From Lepidodermella squamata (Eukaryota > Animalia > Gastrotricha): a stretch of 64,000 nucleotides of DNA. Position 1 is the stretch's first letter. Each line of letters begins with the position of its first letter. The stretch spans positions 2,914,001 to 2,978,000 of the forward strand of contig JBLDXI010000054.1 in NCBI GenBank assembly GCA_047495785.1, written 5' to 3'. The notes beneath the pieces were generated by a model that saw only the letters and a program-made list of their open reading frames with translations, was not told where the DNA came from and ran no database searches. The position numbers and the translations under genes were made by a program. Positions 1-12,880 of the stretch are shown piece by piece.

Positions 1-952
1 GGCCAAGCGGCGCTCTTGTGGCGATGATCTCACCAATCTGAGTTCTTTTTGCAACATTTTCATAGCGGACGCAATCGAACTCGGCGGCTTCGTGCCGTCT
101 GTCCTAGCTTTCAACGTCTGATACCTACCCCCTTGCAGTTATTCGCCAAGCGTGAACTGATCTAAATTATGAATAAATAATAGATTACCATAGTTTATTT
201 GATTGCTGCAATAAAATTGCACTTCTCGTTTTAGAAAACCGGTGATGCCTATGAATAAAGAGTTTTCCGATTTTTTTCATAATTAAAGAGTGTCTCACTT
301 TTTGGATGAAAACTGTTACTTTCCGTTTTTGAGTGGCCAAAGTCACCCCAAATTACGGTTTCTAAATTATAGCCACATAAAGTATTTTGCAGCCTTTCAC
401 TACGTTTTCGCCACAGAAAATCCAAAAAACCCGTCGGAATGCTTTGGTTAATGTCGGAATTTAAACCGTCTTACCTATACCTATTAGCTATATTTTCATT
501 CGGTTTCTAAGTTGAAAACAGACGCGTTTCCATGGCATTTAAAATTCTGGCAGACCAAATTGCCTCGGGTTTTTAAGAATTCATGACCTCCTTTCAAATG
601 CCAAATTGCCTCGGGTTTTAAGACTTTTTGACCCCCTTTCAAGGTACTTTAATTTGATGCATTACTTATGGGACACCGGTGATTTTTCGCTTGTTCACAA
701 TCTAATGCTCAATTATTTGTGTCATCTCAAGAGGTGCATGAAATTATAAGATTGATGGGCAGAAACAGAGTTCTATTTAATCTATCATGCAATATTCGCA
801 CATGATTTTATGACTCCGCTGAGGGTCCCGGTCTATCGATTCAGCGCAGCTCTCAGGCGGTGAGTGGAAAATGCAGAGTGGATTCTTATTGAATTTAACA
901 GGCATGGAATAGTTCACCCACAGTTAAAGCCACAATATTATTGGACATTAAG

Positions 953-2270
953 ATGAGCACTGTTATTTTCTTGATTATGACTTATGCCTCTTGTGCTATG
1001 GCTGATTCTACGAGCGATGGCAATGATGCGACGCCTTTGATGTTCAAGGACTGCATGCTGATGCCCAGCGCTGTTGTCCCGAATTTAGCAACACCAGACG
1101 AGCAAATACTCGCCGAGTCTTCATTTTCTCTCGACACTCTCGTTGAAGTCAGTGAATTGGAAGAAGTCGTGACGCTGATGGGAGGAATATTCATCAACTT
1201 TTATTTCGGATGTTTAGCAAAATCAGCCGCTATACATAATGAAACACACGCCATTCCAACTTACGGGGTCATTACAAATCCCAATGATTACTGGCGACCA
1301 CCGATCGTCTTCATGAACAGCCGGAATGACTATGGACTAACTCAAAACGTATATCCGGCAACGATGATCTTCCCCTTTCAGGGAGTTGTGGTTTACGCAA
1401 TATCGGGATTTTTCACTCCCAGGTGCTCTATGAACTTTCAAGCGTAATTTAAGTAGTGCATCGCTTTTTCAAGATTTTACTGTAGCTTCATTTCATTTGC
1501 CAAGGTTTCCTTTTGATCAACAGACATGCACTATCAAGATCGCGCTTTGGCTATCAAGCAGGGTATTAAAAGTTAGGCAGCATATATGCTGCCTAACTTT
1601 TAATTACTTCAGTGGCCGCAGCAATTTCATTTCACCGAATCTCGGCTGGGACCTTGTCAATGCTACCAGCGAAGTAGCAGCGCCTCCATTTATGCAAGTT
1701 GATTATTATCTCATGTTAACTTCATTCACCATCAGACGCCGGCCTGACTACTTTATTCTGAACATTATCATGCCATGCTTCTTCTTGACCGCTGCTCAAC
1801 TGGTGACATTTACCCTGCCGACTGAGTCATCGGATCGTGCAAGTTTTGCAGTTACTATTCTGTTAAGTTTCACAGTAATTCAAGCTCAAGTTCAATCGAA
1901 TATTCCGAAAACACCTGTCAACATTCTAATCAACGACGTGATACAAGCTGAGTCTATTTCGGCACTTTTGGTCACTATCTACGCCGGTGTAACATGCGCT
2001 TGGTGCAGCTCGGCTCATGGAGCCGTTGAAAAGTTAACTACCATCGGCTCGAGGAAAATCCGACTTTGCCGCTTAGTAGACTTGGTTGCTGGTATCTCGT
2101 TGTTTACCTTATTGCTCGTAGTCAATGTTTCGGCTGGACTCTTGATCTATATGCTAGTTGATAGAAATAATATACTGTACTATAATCTATACCATTTAGT
2201 ACCTTTAGGTACTTGCCGATTCCGAAAAATGAAAACGAAAATGAAAAATGGTTTTTATGTGCCGTTTTAA
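953..2270 (+). CDS. Divergent Cys-loop ligand-gated ion channel subunit 1 (subfamily A); intron 1444-1504; C-terminal frameshift read-through, possibly impaired
   Basis: Signal peptide, YWRPP (WxPD-equivalent), spliced Cys-loop C-SMNFQAFPFDQQT-C (C-x13-C), pre-M1 RRRPDYF, M2 SDRASFAVTILLSFT, four TM helices. Relative to paralog 5 it has a 12-nt palindromic insertion and a 2-nt insertion that bypasses the stop near 2158. Confidence 0.88.
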
Positions 2271-2514
2271 TTGTTTCGATCTGTCAATTAAAACGAGGTA
2301 ATAGCCTAGCATAGGATATTAAGGAGCCTATATTCGTTACAATAATATACTGTACTATAATCTATACCATTTAGTACCTTTAGGTACTTGCCGATTCCGA
2401 AAAATGAAAACGAAAATGAAAAATGGTTTTTATGTGCCGTTTTAATTGTTTCGATCTGTCAATTAAAACGAGGTAATAGCCTAGCATAGGATATTAAGGA
2501 GCCTATATTCGTTA
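2166..2514. repeat. Exact tandem duplication, 2 copies, period 175 bp
   Basis: aataatatactgtactataatc...gcctatattcgtta occurs at 2166-2339 and 2341-2514. Confidence 0.9.
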
Positions 2515-2925
2515 AGGCGAACCGTAATATGAATTTTCCGGGAAGATAACCAAATCTGCTTACATCACCAATAACCCAATCACATCACAGTCAAGTATGC
2601 CGTCTGTTTGATGCGTCGAGCGTCGACCCATCCATGGCCACTCTGTCAGGAAGCATTTAAACTGCAAATAGGACCCTATTTTTTAGGGCAAACTTTTCCC
2701 CAGGGGTGCGCGGAAATCGTAGACTAAATAATGCTTAGTGATTGCTCCAGTTACGGCATAAAATTCTCGCTAAAAATCACATCCCCACATTTGCCATGCA
2801 TAACTTAGCGTATGCTTTTATGGCGTCGCTGAGAATCACGGATTTACAGATTTCAGCAAAACTAAGCAACCGTAAAATAGCAAATTTATAAAAATTCCCA
2901 GTATAAACACAGCACAATCTCAAAA

Positions 2926-4125
2926 ATGAAGAATAATGCTCTCCTCATCATCATATCAAATTTACATATCATCAGTTACGCGATGGCTGATACTGAAAAC
3001 GAAGGTGGAGACGGGACGCCATTGATGTTCAAAGATTGTATGCTGACGCCCAGTGCCGCCGTCCCGAATATGGCTTCACCAGATCGACCTGTTGCAGCTG
3101 AATCTTCATTTCTATTTGACTCGCTTGTTGAAGTCAGTGAGGTTGAGGAAATTGTCACGCTGACAGGTGGTATTTTCGTAACGTTTTACTACGACTGTTT
3201 AGCGAAATCAGCCGCCCTTCGTAATGCCACCCACATCGTTCCACCTTATGGTGTTTTAACCAACCCGAATGATTACTGGCGACCGCCGCTCATCTTTCTA
3301 AACAGTCGAAATGATTATGGACTCTCTCAAAATGTCTATTCAGCGACGTTAATGCTTCCTTTCCAGGGCGTCGTGATATACACAATATCAGGATTCTTCA
3401 CTCCCAGATGCCCCATGACATTTGAAACGTAATTACCTGCACCCATATGCATTAGCGCTCGATTATGATTGTTTTTCAGATACCCGTTTGATGAACAAAC
3501 GTGCACGATTAAAATTGCGCTTTGGCTGCCTAGCTCCGTTGTAACACTCAAGCAGCATAGTTTCACTTATTTTAATGGTCGGAGCAATTTTATTTCTTCG
3601 AATCTTGGGTGGGATCTTGTCAATGCCTCTAGCGAATTCGACGTACCACCGTTCTTGCAAATGGATTACTTTCAAATGCTGACGTCATTCACCATCAGAC
3701 GCCGGCCTGACTACTTTATACTGAACATAATCTTGCCATGTTTCTTTTTAACCGGGGCGCAATTGGTGACATTTTTGTTGCCAACTGAAGCACCGGAGCG
3801 TGCTAGTTTTGCGGTCACAATTCTCTTGAGCTTCACAGTCATTCAAGCTCAAGTTCAATCGAATATTCCGAAAACACCCGTCAACATTCTTATCAACGAC
3901 GTGATACAAGCTGAATCTATTTCGGCGTTGTTGGTAACTGTCTACGCCGGCGTTACATGTGCTTGGTACAATTCCGCATCGGTCGAAGTGATAGAAAAGT
4001 CAGTCAGCATCGGCTCAAAACGAATCAGACTCTGTCGGTTGGTGGACCTGGTCGCTTGCGCCGCGTTATTTACGTTACTGCTTGTGGTCAATCTTGCGGC
4101 TGGAATTTTGATATATTCAGGCTGA
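2926..4125 (+). CDS. Divergent Cys-loop LGIC subunit 2 (subfamily A); intron 3429-3479
   Basis: ORFs 2926-3432 and 3469-4125 join through a phase-2 GT-AG intron to give CPMTFETYPFDEQTC; M2 APERASFAVTILLSFT. Confidence 0.92.
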
Positions 4126-4492
4126 TCTAAATACTGTTCTATCAGTGTTCCCATCCGAACAAAGTAGTTTGTTTGAACTGAATTCTAAACATATTCACAA
4201 TGCACTATAAATTCATAGTTAAATTCATACATGCATTCTAATCGGAATTGCGGTAGGATGCTGAACAACTCATTCGTATTTCGGCTATCAACGAAAATTA
4301 CCTTCATAGAAATAAATGAGTTCACGCCGTGTTATCCGGATTTTATAATATTTGACGCCGATAAGGACCATATCCGGTTGTTATCTCTGGACACCGATGA
4401 ATATTCGTCCTTCAGCTCGCTATTCCTGCGCTTCGGTTTTGCATAGCTAGCATTCGGGCCGATAGTCATCGTGATATTCAGCTAAGGATATT

Positions 4493-4925
4493 TGTAACGC
4501 GCTTCACGAGTGCTCGAAAAGTGTCGTACCCGGGGATTGAACCCGGGCTGCTTTTCTGAGAAGGCACGGCTCTAACCTTTGAGCCACCATGGCCGACACT
4601 CACTCCGTGTTCCGTGAAGCGCGTTACATATGGTGGCAGCGGCTACGAAACGATCCCACGACCCCGTCCGAACCCGTGTCAGTCCCAGGCCGGCGTTCTC
4701 TTGGCATCTACGAGCAGTAGAGAGGGGGTGATTCCTTTGAGGGAGGGGGTGATATAGGGAGCGAGTCCACCTCCCATCTCCCCTCCTGGTCTCCTTACAA
4801 CCGCGTAAGCGAACACGGAGTGAGTGTCGGCCAAGGTGGCTCAAAGGTTAGAGCCTTCTCAGAAAGGCAGCCCGGGTTCAATCCCCGGGTACGACACTTT
4901 TCGAGCACTCATGAAGCGCGTTACA
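4493..4925. mobile_element. 433-bp non-autonomous element: TGT...ACA ends, 5-bp TSD (ATATT), ~120-bp inverted arms with tRNA-like Pol III cassettes, PBS and polypurine tract
   Basis: Arms 4493-4612 and 4811-4925 are reverse complements (3 substitutions, one 5-nt indel). ATATT at 4488-4492 and 4926-4930. TGGTGGCAGCGG at 4631-4642. Purine tracts at 4716-4728 and 4739-4749. Confidence 0.85.
4824..4901 (+). ncRNA. tRNA-derived (SINE-like) Pol III cassette in the right arm; mirror copy on the - strand at ~4517-4599
   Basis: A-box-like TGGCTCAAAGG with D-stem GCTC/GAGC, B-box GGTTCAATCC in T-stem CCGGG/CCCGG, closing stem GTGTCG/CGACAC, then TTTT. The anticodon arm is irregular, so this is not a functional tRNA. 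Confidence 0.65.
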
Positions 4926-5878
4926 ATATTTTTTAATATTTTTAAATAAATTTATATCGCTATCTTTCATTTTTCATTACTTCGGATTACTTCGCTGCGA
5001 ACAGCGACGTAACAGGCGACGTAACTAGCAGTCATCGTTTCAAGTTGGAATTCAGAGTGTTATTAATTGCTCGGCTTTCGCGCAGCACCACGATTCACAC
5101 CGTGCTAGTCCCTCTTGCATTAGACCATCGGAATCGACCCAAGACGGGCGCGCAGAAAAACTCGGTGATGTAAAGTGAAGGAAGGAACGTAATATAACGC
5201 AGTGTAAACTGATGCAAACGGATGTCATTTTCGATCGAAAATCACGGATTTACATTTTACATCATTTTACAACGGTTTCCATTAACAATTGTTGAGTACC
5301 GGAGAACAAATATATTGGCTATGTAAATATCACTGTAAAATCGAAACGTAGTCACTTGTAGCCTGTATAATTAGCAGCTGTTTTAATTATAATACCTTAT
5401 TAGAGCTCAGAAGCAATTTTGCTCAGCTTATTCTTATTATATTATGACGTTAGAACTTTAAGCCCGATGAATCCCAGCGCCGGATTCCAAGCCCATAGCG
5501 GTCGAAAAGCTGAAAATAGATATGATTCTGGACGCTTTCAATACATTCCAGCTTCGACCTGGCTTCATCTCGCATGTTATACTTCGGCATTTTGCTGTCT
5601 GAGAAAAAAGATGGCTTCGGTATATACACAGCTGAAAAGGCTCATCGTCGCCATCTTGAATGCACATTTTTCTCAATATTCAGGCGCTTAATATGAAATT
5701 TTATTTTTTGCTCACTTTTTACCGTTTTTTAATTGGTGTGCTCGTTAGGCTCATAAAATTCATATTTGCAGACTGCGCCGCTGAATCCATTCGAGGAGCT
5801 GTATATTTACATTTTGACACTTAGTGTCTGCCGTGCAAGCTTCAGTTTTTATCAAAATTGATTTTCCGACACTGCGAA

Positions 5879-7078
5879 ATGATTCGCTACTTAGCGTATT
5901 TCGTAACCCTTCTCGTCATTGCTTGTTGCTCTGTGAATGAATCCGAGAGCGATGAAGACATCATACCGACTATCTTGAGACAATGCAAGCTAACGCCAGG
6001 TGCTGTCGTTCCGAATCGTGCGAACCCAGGAATACCTGTAGTTGCTGAATCGCAATTCTCGCTGGACACGTTAGTGGAGGTCAGCGAGGTGGAAGAAGTG
6101 GTAACATTGACTGGTGCCATCTTTGTGACTTTTTACTTCGATTGTGTTGCAAAAGCTGCTGAAAAGTACAACAGCTCTAACGCCGTTCCAGACTACGGCA
6201 TCATTACTAACACCGACGACTACTGGCGCCCACCGATAATCCATATGAACAGCAGATATGACTACGGGTTAACGCAAAATGTCTATCCAGCAACGATAAT
6301 CCTACCGTTTCAGGGCGCCATGATCTACTCGCTTTCTGGCTTCTTCACGCCAAGGTGTTCTATGAAATTCGAAACGTTAGTGGATTCTTATATGAACATT
6401 TTAAACTTGATATATTACAATTGATAATCCAGATACCCTTTCGATCGACAGACGTGTGAATTAGATATTGCCTTATGGCTGCCTCGCAACGTCATCACGA
6501 TGAAACATCACGACTTCGTATACTTAGAGTCAAAAGATTCGTTCATTTCAAATAATCTCGGCTGGTACCTTGATAGCGCAAACAGCAGCCTGGAGACACC
6601 TCCGTTTCTCAATGTTGACTATCATATGATGAAGACAAGCTTTACAATCAAACGTAAACCGGTGTACTTTGTCCTGAATATTATCATGCCGTGCTTCTTT
6701 TTGACTTGCGCAACAATGGTGACTTTCGCCCTCCCTACGGAAGCCCCCGAACGAGCAAGTTTCGCGGTAACTATCCTGCTTAGTTTCACGGTCATTCAAG
6801 CTCAAGTTCAGACGAATATCCCGAAGACGCCGATGAACATTCTGATCAACGACGTGATTCAGGCCCAATCAATTGCTGCCCTGCTGGTAACAATATACGC
6901 AGGGGTTACATGTGCTTGGTATGATTCATTCCAAGAAAAGGCGGAGAAAATCATTACCGTCTGGTCGAAGAAAATTCGACTTTGCCGGTTGATTGATTTG
7001 ATATCAGCGTCTATTTTATTCACTCTGATATTAACTGTTAATGTAGTTTGTGGTGTTTATCTGATAGTTCTGTATTAG
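5879..7078 (+). CDS. Divergent Cys-loop LGIC subunit 3 (subfamily B); intron 6376-6432
   Basis: Spliced Cys-loop CSMKFETYPFDRQTC; M2 APERASFAVTILL; four TM helices. Confidence 0.92.
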
Positions 7079-7139
7079 GCTCTATTGACATTGAAATAAG
7101 AAATAAAACCCCGTGAAAATCAGGACATCAGCGTGCATC

Positions 7140-9170
7140 ATATGTAGTAGTATCAGGATAGTCACCTAGCAGGGCGCACTGCCTCCTCGCATGCTCTTCT
7201 CCACTGGTCCCGGTCCCTGGCCAAGACCCGAGCCGATCCCCAGCTCAGTCCCACGCTGCGCAGGTCATTTTTAATTGAGGCCCGCCATGTAGTCTTTGGC
7301 CGCCCCACCGCCCGGCTGCTCTGTGACGTCCACCGAAGGTCAACTCCTGCGCCTGGCATCCATTCGCAGTACATGTCCCAGCCAGCGAAGTCGACGGAGT
7401 CTGATCTCGTCCGACAAAGGGCGACATATGCAAATGCGATGGAGCTCCGCATTCGAAACGATCCTCGGCCAGAAGATGCCTTGGATTCGTCGAAGGCATC
7501 TGTTGTGAAAAGCATCAAGCCTCCTTACGTCAGCCCCCCCTCCCAACTCCCGCCAGCACTCCGAGCCATATAGCAAGACGGCAAGACGGGTTTGACAGTG
7601 GAATTGTAGATTCGCACCTTGGGCGCCTTGCGCCTTGGGGACTGTTTCGATCGCCAGACCGCTTTCAGCGAGGTAAAGATGTGCCCGGCTTTTTTCAGAC
7701 GAGAGGCGATGCATGACCTTAGTCTTAGCGATGTTGATTTCGAGACCGATCGTTGCCGCGATGTTTTGCAGCCTCGTCGTCTTCGCCTGCAGATGTTGGG
7801 CGCAGGTTGCCAGCAAAGCCAGATCGTCGGCGAAGTCTAGGTCATGGAGCTGCGTAAACATCATCCACCAGATCCCGTCATGCTGATCTTTGGTGACCGC
7901 ACACATCACGAAATCAATCGCGACGCAAAACAAGATCGGTGACAGGATGCAGCCATGCCTAACACCGGAAATGACTAAAAACTCTCGCTCTCCACTCCAG
8001 CCTCCATCAGTACTCTGCATTCGAAGCCAGTGTAAAACATGGCAATGAGTCGAACAATTTTGTCCGGAATGCCGTAATGACGGAGGATTCTCCACAAGGT
8101 CTCGCGGTGAACGCTATCGAACGCCTTCTTGAAGTCGACTAAGTTGATGAGCGCCCTCGAGTTCCATTGGAGGCATTGTTCCACGACGTTCTGCAGGGCA
8201 AAGATTTGGTCTATACACCCACGAAGCGAGCGAAAGCCAGCCTGTTCTTCGTGCAACAGCTTATCCACCTCGTCCCGTATGCGGCACAAGATGACCCGAC
8301 AAAACACCTTGCTGGGAATAGATAGAAGGGTGATACCACGCCAGTTGTCGCAGCTGGTCAGGTCCCCTTTTTTCGGGATTCTAACAATCAAACCGGTCAG
8401 CCAATCGCTTGGCGCTCGCTCTTAATGCCAGATCTCACGAAACAGGCATTCAAGCGCGCTGGCTGTTGTATCAACATCGGCCTTGAGCATTTCGGCCGTT
8501 CTTCATTGCCAGAATAGCCTCCTTGATCTCGCTGAGGGTTGGTGGTCCAGTCAAGATTTCAAGGTCGACTCCTCTGGGCGATGGCCGAGCTTTGATCTCC
8601 GGCTCCGGCATGTTGAGCACTCCATTGAAATGCTCGACCCACCTTGCCATCTGCTCCCGTTCGGTTGTCAGCTATCTGCCATCTTTGTTTTTGATGGGTG
8701 CCGAACAACCGCCCCGCTTTTCGCCTCCAAGAAGCTTGATGACTTAGTACAGCTTTCTGAGGTCGTTCTTCGCACTTGGTTCTTCCGCTTCTTTCGCTAG
8801 CCCGTTCACGAACTCACGTTTGTCGTGCCGAGCGCTCCTCTTAACCTGACTGCAAACATGTTCGTAAGCGGTCTCAGCTTGCTCACGTATTTGCGGAGTC
8901 GAGGTCTGGAGTCGTTCAACTTGCAGACGTGCCCTGTCCTCGATTAGCGCCCATGTTTTGTCGGAGATCCAAGGCTTCCTCACATTCTACCTCCAGCCCA
9001 GGACCGCCTCAGCAGATTTCGTGAAGGCTCCCTTAACGAGACGCCACTTCTCTTCCACACCTTCGGCCGTGTTGAGCACGCGGGTCGCCAGTCTGTCAGC
9101 TAGACTTCGCGAGAAATTTGCCCGTACTCCGGGATCTTTCAGCTTGCCAGCGTCGATTCTCTTTGTGCAG
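7140..9170 (-). mobile_element. 5'-truncated, frameshifted RTE-clade non-LTR retrotransposon (LINE)
   Basis: RT motifs spread across broken minus-strand ORFs: IPKKGDLTSCDNWRGITLLS, EEQAGFR, DFKKAFDSV, GVRHGCILSP, FADD, LLYGSECW, RLRWLGHV, GRPKTTW. Ends are approximate. Confidence 0.88.
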
Positions 9171-9977
9171 GGTTCGGGTAGTCGAGACGAAGCCCCCAAA
9201 CCGCGGCAAGGTATCAACAATGGGGGGTGCCACCATATGCATGTTTTAATTGCATGAGTTTGAAGAGAAAGTACTATTATCCTTCTATTATTGGCTACAG
9301 CGACAAATAATGCCGATGATTACTTGCGCCCTCTTATATTGTTCAACTTAATTAACAAAGCCTTCAAAAAATTTGAGGTACTTTTATTCCCGCTCTTAAT
9401 GGCCAATCTCATTAGCATTCGCTGGCGACGGAACGCTAATAGGAACTAGCAAAGAAGAGAATTACTACCAATTTTCGAGGGAAATTTTACAGAGTTAGGT
9501 CTGTTAATATCTTCGCCAAAATCAAGTTGATGGTGTATGGTGGTCAAAGCGAAGAATCGGACAAACTGCCTGAGAATCCTGACGATCCCCAATTAAAAAT
9601 AAATGTGGAGAGTTCAGAAACAAATTACTTCAAATATTTACGGTTGAAATCATAAATGAATAGAATCCATCCCCGGTCAAATACGTCTGTGACGCATTAT
9701 ACGTCTGTGGTGTACACAGCTGAGCTGGGTTCTTGATTGCCATCTCAATAACATTTTCCTAAAATTTCAAGCGCGGAATGTGATATTACTTTTACTTGTT
9801 TCTTGATTTTGACCGGTTTTTAAATTGGTGGGATCGTTTAGCGCATAATTATTAATTTTATTTTATTTGCAGACTGCACCGCTGAATCCATTCAGGCAGC
9901 TGTATCTATACATTTTAACTCGGGTGAGAGCAGCGGAAGCTTCAGTTTCCTAAAAACTAATTTTCCGACACTGCGAA

Positions 9978-11177
9978 ATGATTCGCTACTTAGCGTATTT
10001 CGTAACCCTTCTCGTCATTGCTTGTTGCTCTGTGAATGAATCCGAGAGCGATGAAGACATCATACCGACTATCTTGAGACAATGCAAGCTAACGCCAGGT
10101 GCTGTCGTTCCGAATCGTGCGAACCCAGGAATACCTGTAGTTGCTGAATCGCAATTCTCGCTGGACACGTTAGTGGAGGTCAGCGAGGTGGAAGAAGTGG
10201 TAACATTGACTGGTGCCATCTTTGTGACTTTTTACTTCGATTGTGTTGCAAAAGCTGCTGAAAAGTACAACAGCTCTAACGCCGTTCCAGACTACGGCAT
10301 CATTACTAACACCGACGACTACTGGCGCCCACCGATAATCCATATGAACAGCAGATATGACTACGGGTTAACGCAAAATGTCTATCCAGCAACGATAATC
10401 CTACCGTTTCAGGGCGCCATGATCTACTCGCTTTCTGGCTTCTTCACGCCAAGGTGTTCTATGAAATTCGAAACGTTAGTGGATTCTTATATGAACATTT
10501 TAAACTTGATATATTACAATTGATAATCCAGATACCCTTTCGATCGACAGACGTGTGAATTAGATATTGCCTTATGGCTGCCTCGCAACGTCATCACGAT
10601 GAAACATCACGACTTCGTATACTTAGAGTCAAAAGATTCGTTCATTTCAAATAATCTCGGCTGGTACCTTGATAGCGCAAACAGCAGCCTGGAGACACCT
10701 CCGTTTCTCAATGTTGACTATCATATGATGAAGACAAGCTTTACAATCAAACGTAAACCGGTGTACTTTGTCCTGAATATTATCATGCCGTGCTTCTTTT
10801 TGACTTGCGCAACAATGGTGACTTTCGCCCTCCCTACGGAAGCCCCCGAACGAGCAAGTTTCGCGGTAACTATCCTGCTTAGTTTCACGGTCATTCAAGC
10901 TCAAGTTCAGACGAATATCCCGAAGACGCCGATGAACATTCTGATCAACGACGTGATTCAGGCCCAATCAATTGCTGCCCTGCTGGTAACAATATACGCA
11001 GGGGTTACATGTGCTTGGTATGATTCATTCCAAGAAAAGGCGGAGAAAATCATTACCGTCTGGTCGAAGAAAATTCGACTTTGCCGGTTGATTGATTTGA
11101 TATCAGCGTCTATTTTATTCACTCTGATATTAACTGTTAATGTAGTTTGTGGTGTTTATCTGATAGTTCTGTATTAG
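9978..11177 (+). CDS. Divergent Cys-loop LGIC subunit 4 (subfamily B), protein identical to subunit 3; intron 10475-10531
   Basis: ORF translations match those of 5879-7078 (offset 4099 bp). Confidence 0.92.
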
Positions 11178-11251
11178 GCTCTATTGACATTGAAATAAAA
11201 CCCCGTGAAAATCAGGACATCACATACTTGTTTTGTTTCATTGTATAGATA

Positions 11252-11388
11252 GGTTAGGCCTAATAGCATGATTCTCAGGCCTAGGATGGGCCTAAAAGTT
11301 GCTTGCTAGAAAATCAAAACCCTAGGGTGGGCCTAGTTTTAAAATGTAGGCCTCCGGTGGGGCTACAAAACCTAGCCCAGGCCTAACC
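11252..11388. repeat. Short AGGCCT-rich MITE-like insert with 10-bp inverted ends; identical copy at ~19651-19787
   Basis: ggttaggcct ... aggcctaacc; absent from the homologous 3' flank of subunit 7. Confidence 0.5.
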
Positions 11389-11949
11389 GCTTCCATCTGG
11401 GTGCTTGAGTTCGATCTGTAACATTATTGTCTACGGCATGGTAAGTAGGTTTATTCAACCTACCAGGGACGCAGTGTGTTGGAAAAAATTGCTGCTCGCT
11501 TGTTGCGCTCGCTCGCGAAAACTTATTATCATTTAGTAACGGTGCTTGTTTCACCTTTCGGTTTTCCTCATAGTTCTTCGCATTAGATTAGCCAACAATA
11601 GATGCTAGTTTGAGAATATCTTGTGGTTCCTTTATACACGTACCCGCCATTGTGGGGAATATTTCGAGCGAAGCGAGCTCAAGTCACGCTTTTCTGCGAT
11701 GAGAAGTTAACCAGGAAGCCCCATATCGACCACGTGCTCAATCGCTGTGGGAAGAATCTGTTGTGGTTCCGCTCGGTTGTTTTAGCCGACCAGGGCTATG
11801 ACCGCTACATCACGAAAAACACTAAAAACGTCATACCAACCTTAAGCTAACGTATTTTTGGAGCGACTTGGTCTATAAACATCGTTAAAACTTCCATACG
11901 GTCAATAAATATCTAAAACCAGTCAGGCCATTTTCGTTCGGGTAACATC

Positions 11950-12880
11950 AAAAATATTCCGAAAAACCCGAAAAAACCCGAAAATTGCATGCCAAGCCAC
12001 TAATACCGAAAAACCGCGCTGACCAACCTAAAAGTAATGGTAACTAAGATATACCTATACACCATATTCTACAAGAAAACGATGAGAAAGATTGTTCTTG
12101 CCAGATTATTTTAAGAGATGGACCATCTTTAAGGTAGCTGATCTGGCCTAATGATGACGTCTAACCGGAGTGGGTATGGCAGACGAAAGTCGATCCTGCG
12201 CTCGAATTACGGCGGCAACACCAGCTTTTTCCTGCTTAATTGTCATACTGATATAGTCTCTAAGAAAAATCAACCAATGTTACCGCAATCTGACCGTTGA
12301 ATGATTTGCTAACATCAATAAAGTTCCGATAAACCCGAAAAACTCCATTTCAACGTCTAAATGCATCCTAAGCCATAAAACCTGAAAAACCACGGTGACC
12401 CCTCAAAAAGACATGGTAACTGAGAAATATACGCTCTGTTCTACAAGAAAACAGTCAGTAACAATGCAAATAAAGTAGATTTCATCATTAGGGGCCATCT
12501 TGAAGATTGTTCATCTGATCAGATGATAAGATCTAACACAGCAGGTATGGCAGAAGGAGATCAATCCTGCTCACGAGTTAGTATGGCAACACCGACTTTT
12601 TCTTGTTTTATTGTCAACTTATCTATGTCTCTGAGTAGATTCACTCATTTGAGTGCCCATTTGACCGCTGAATTGTTTGTTAATATCATAAATGTTCCGA
12701 ATATACCGAAAAACTCCATTTTCTGGACAGAATGCATCCATAGCAGCAGCAAGTGAAAAACCGCGGTGACCCCCCAAAAAGTCACGGTAGCTAAGAAGTA
12801 TTTACTCTGCTTTACAAGAAAACATCGAGATGCAGTATTTTTTACGGGTGATTTGTAGCCATAGACCACCTTGAACATGG
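11950..12880. repeat. Degenerate ~370-bp tandem repeat, about 2.5 copies (probable TE-internal repeat)
   Basis: Recurring blocks ccgaaaaactccattt, cgg/ctgacc, ggtaactaag and tacaagaaaac near 12000, 12380 and 12750; ggtatggcaga...gatcctgc...ggcaacacc near 12170 and 12545. Confidence 0.6.

Noticed and set aside
4517-4901. Two functional tRNA genes
   Set aside because: Anticodon arms are irregular and differ by a 5-nt indel, and both lie in the arms of a TSD-flanked element.
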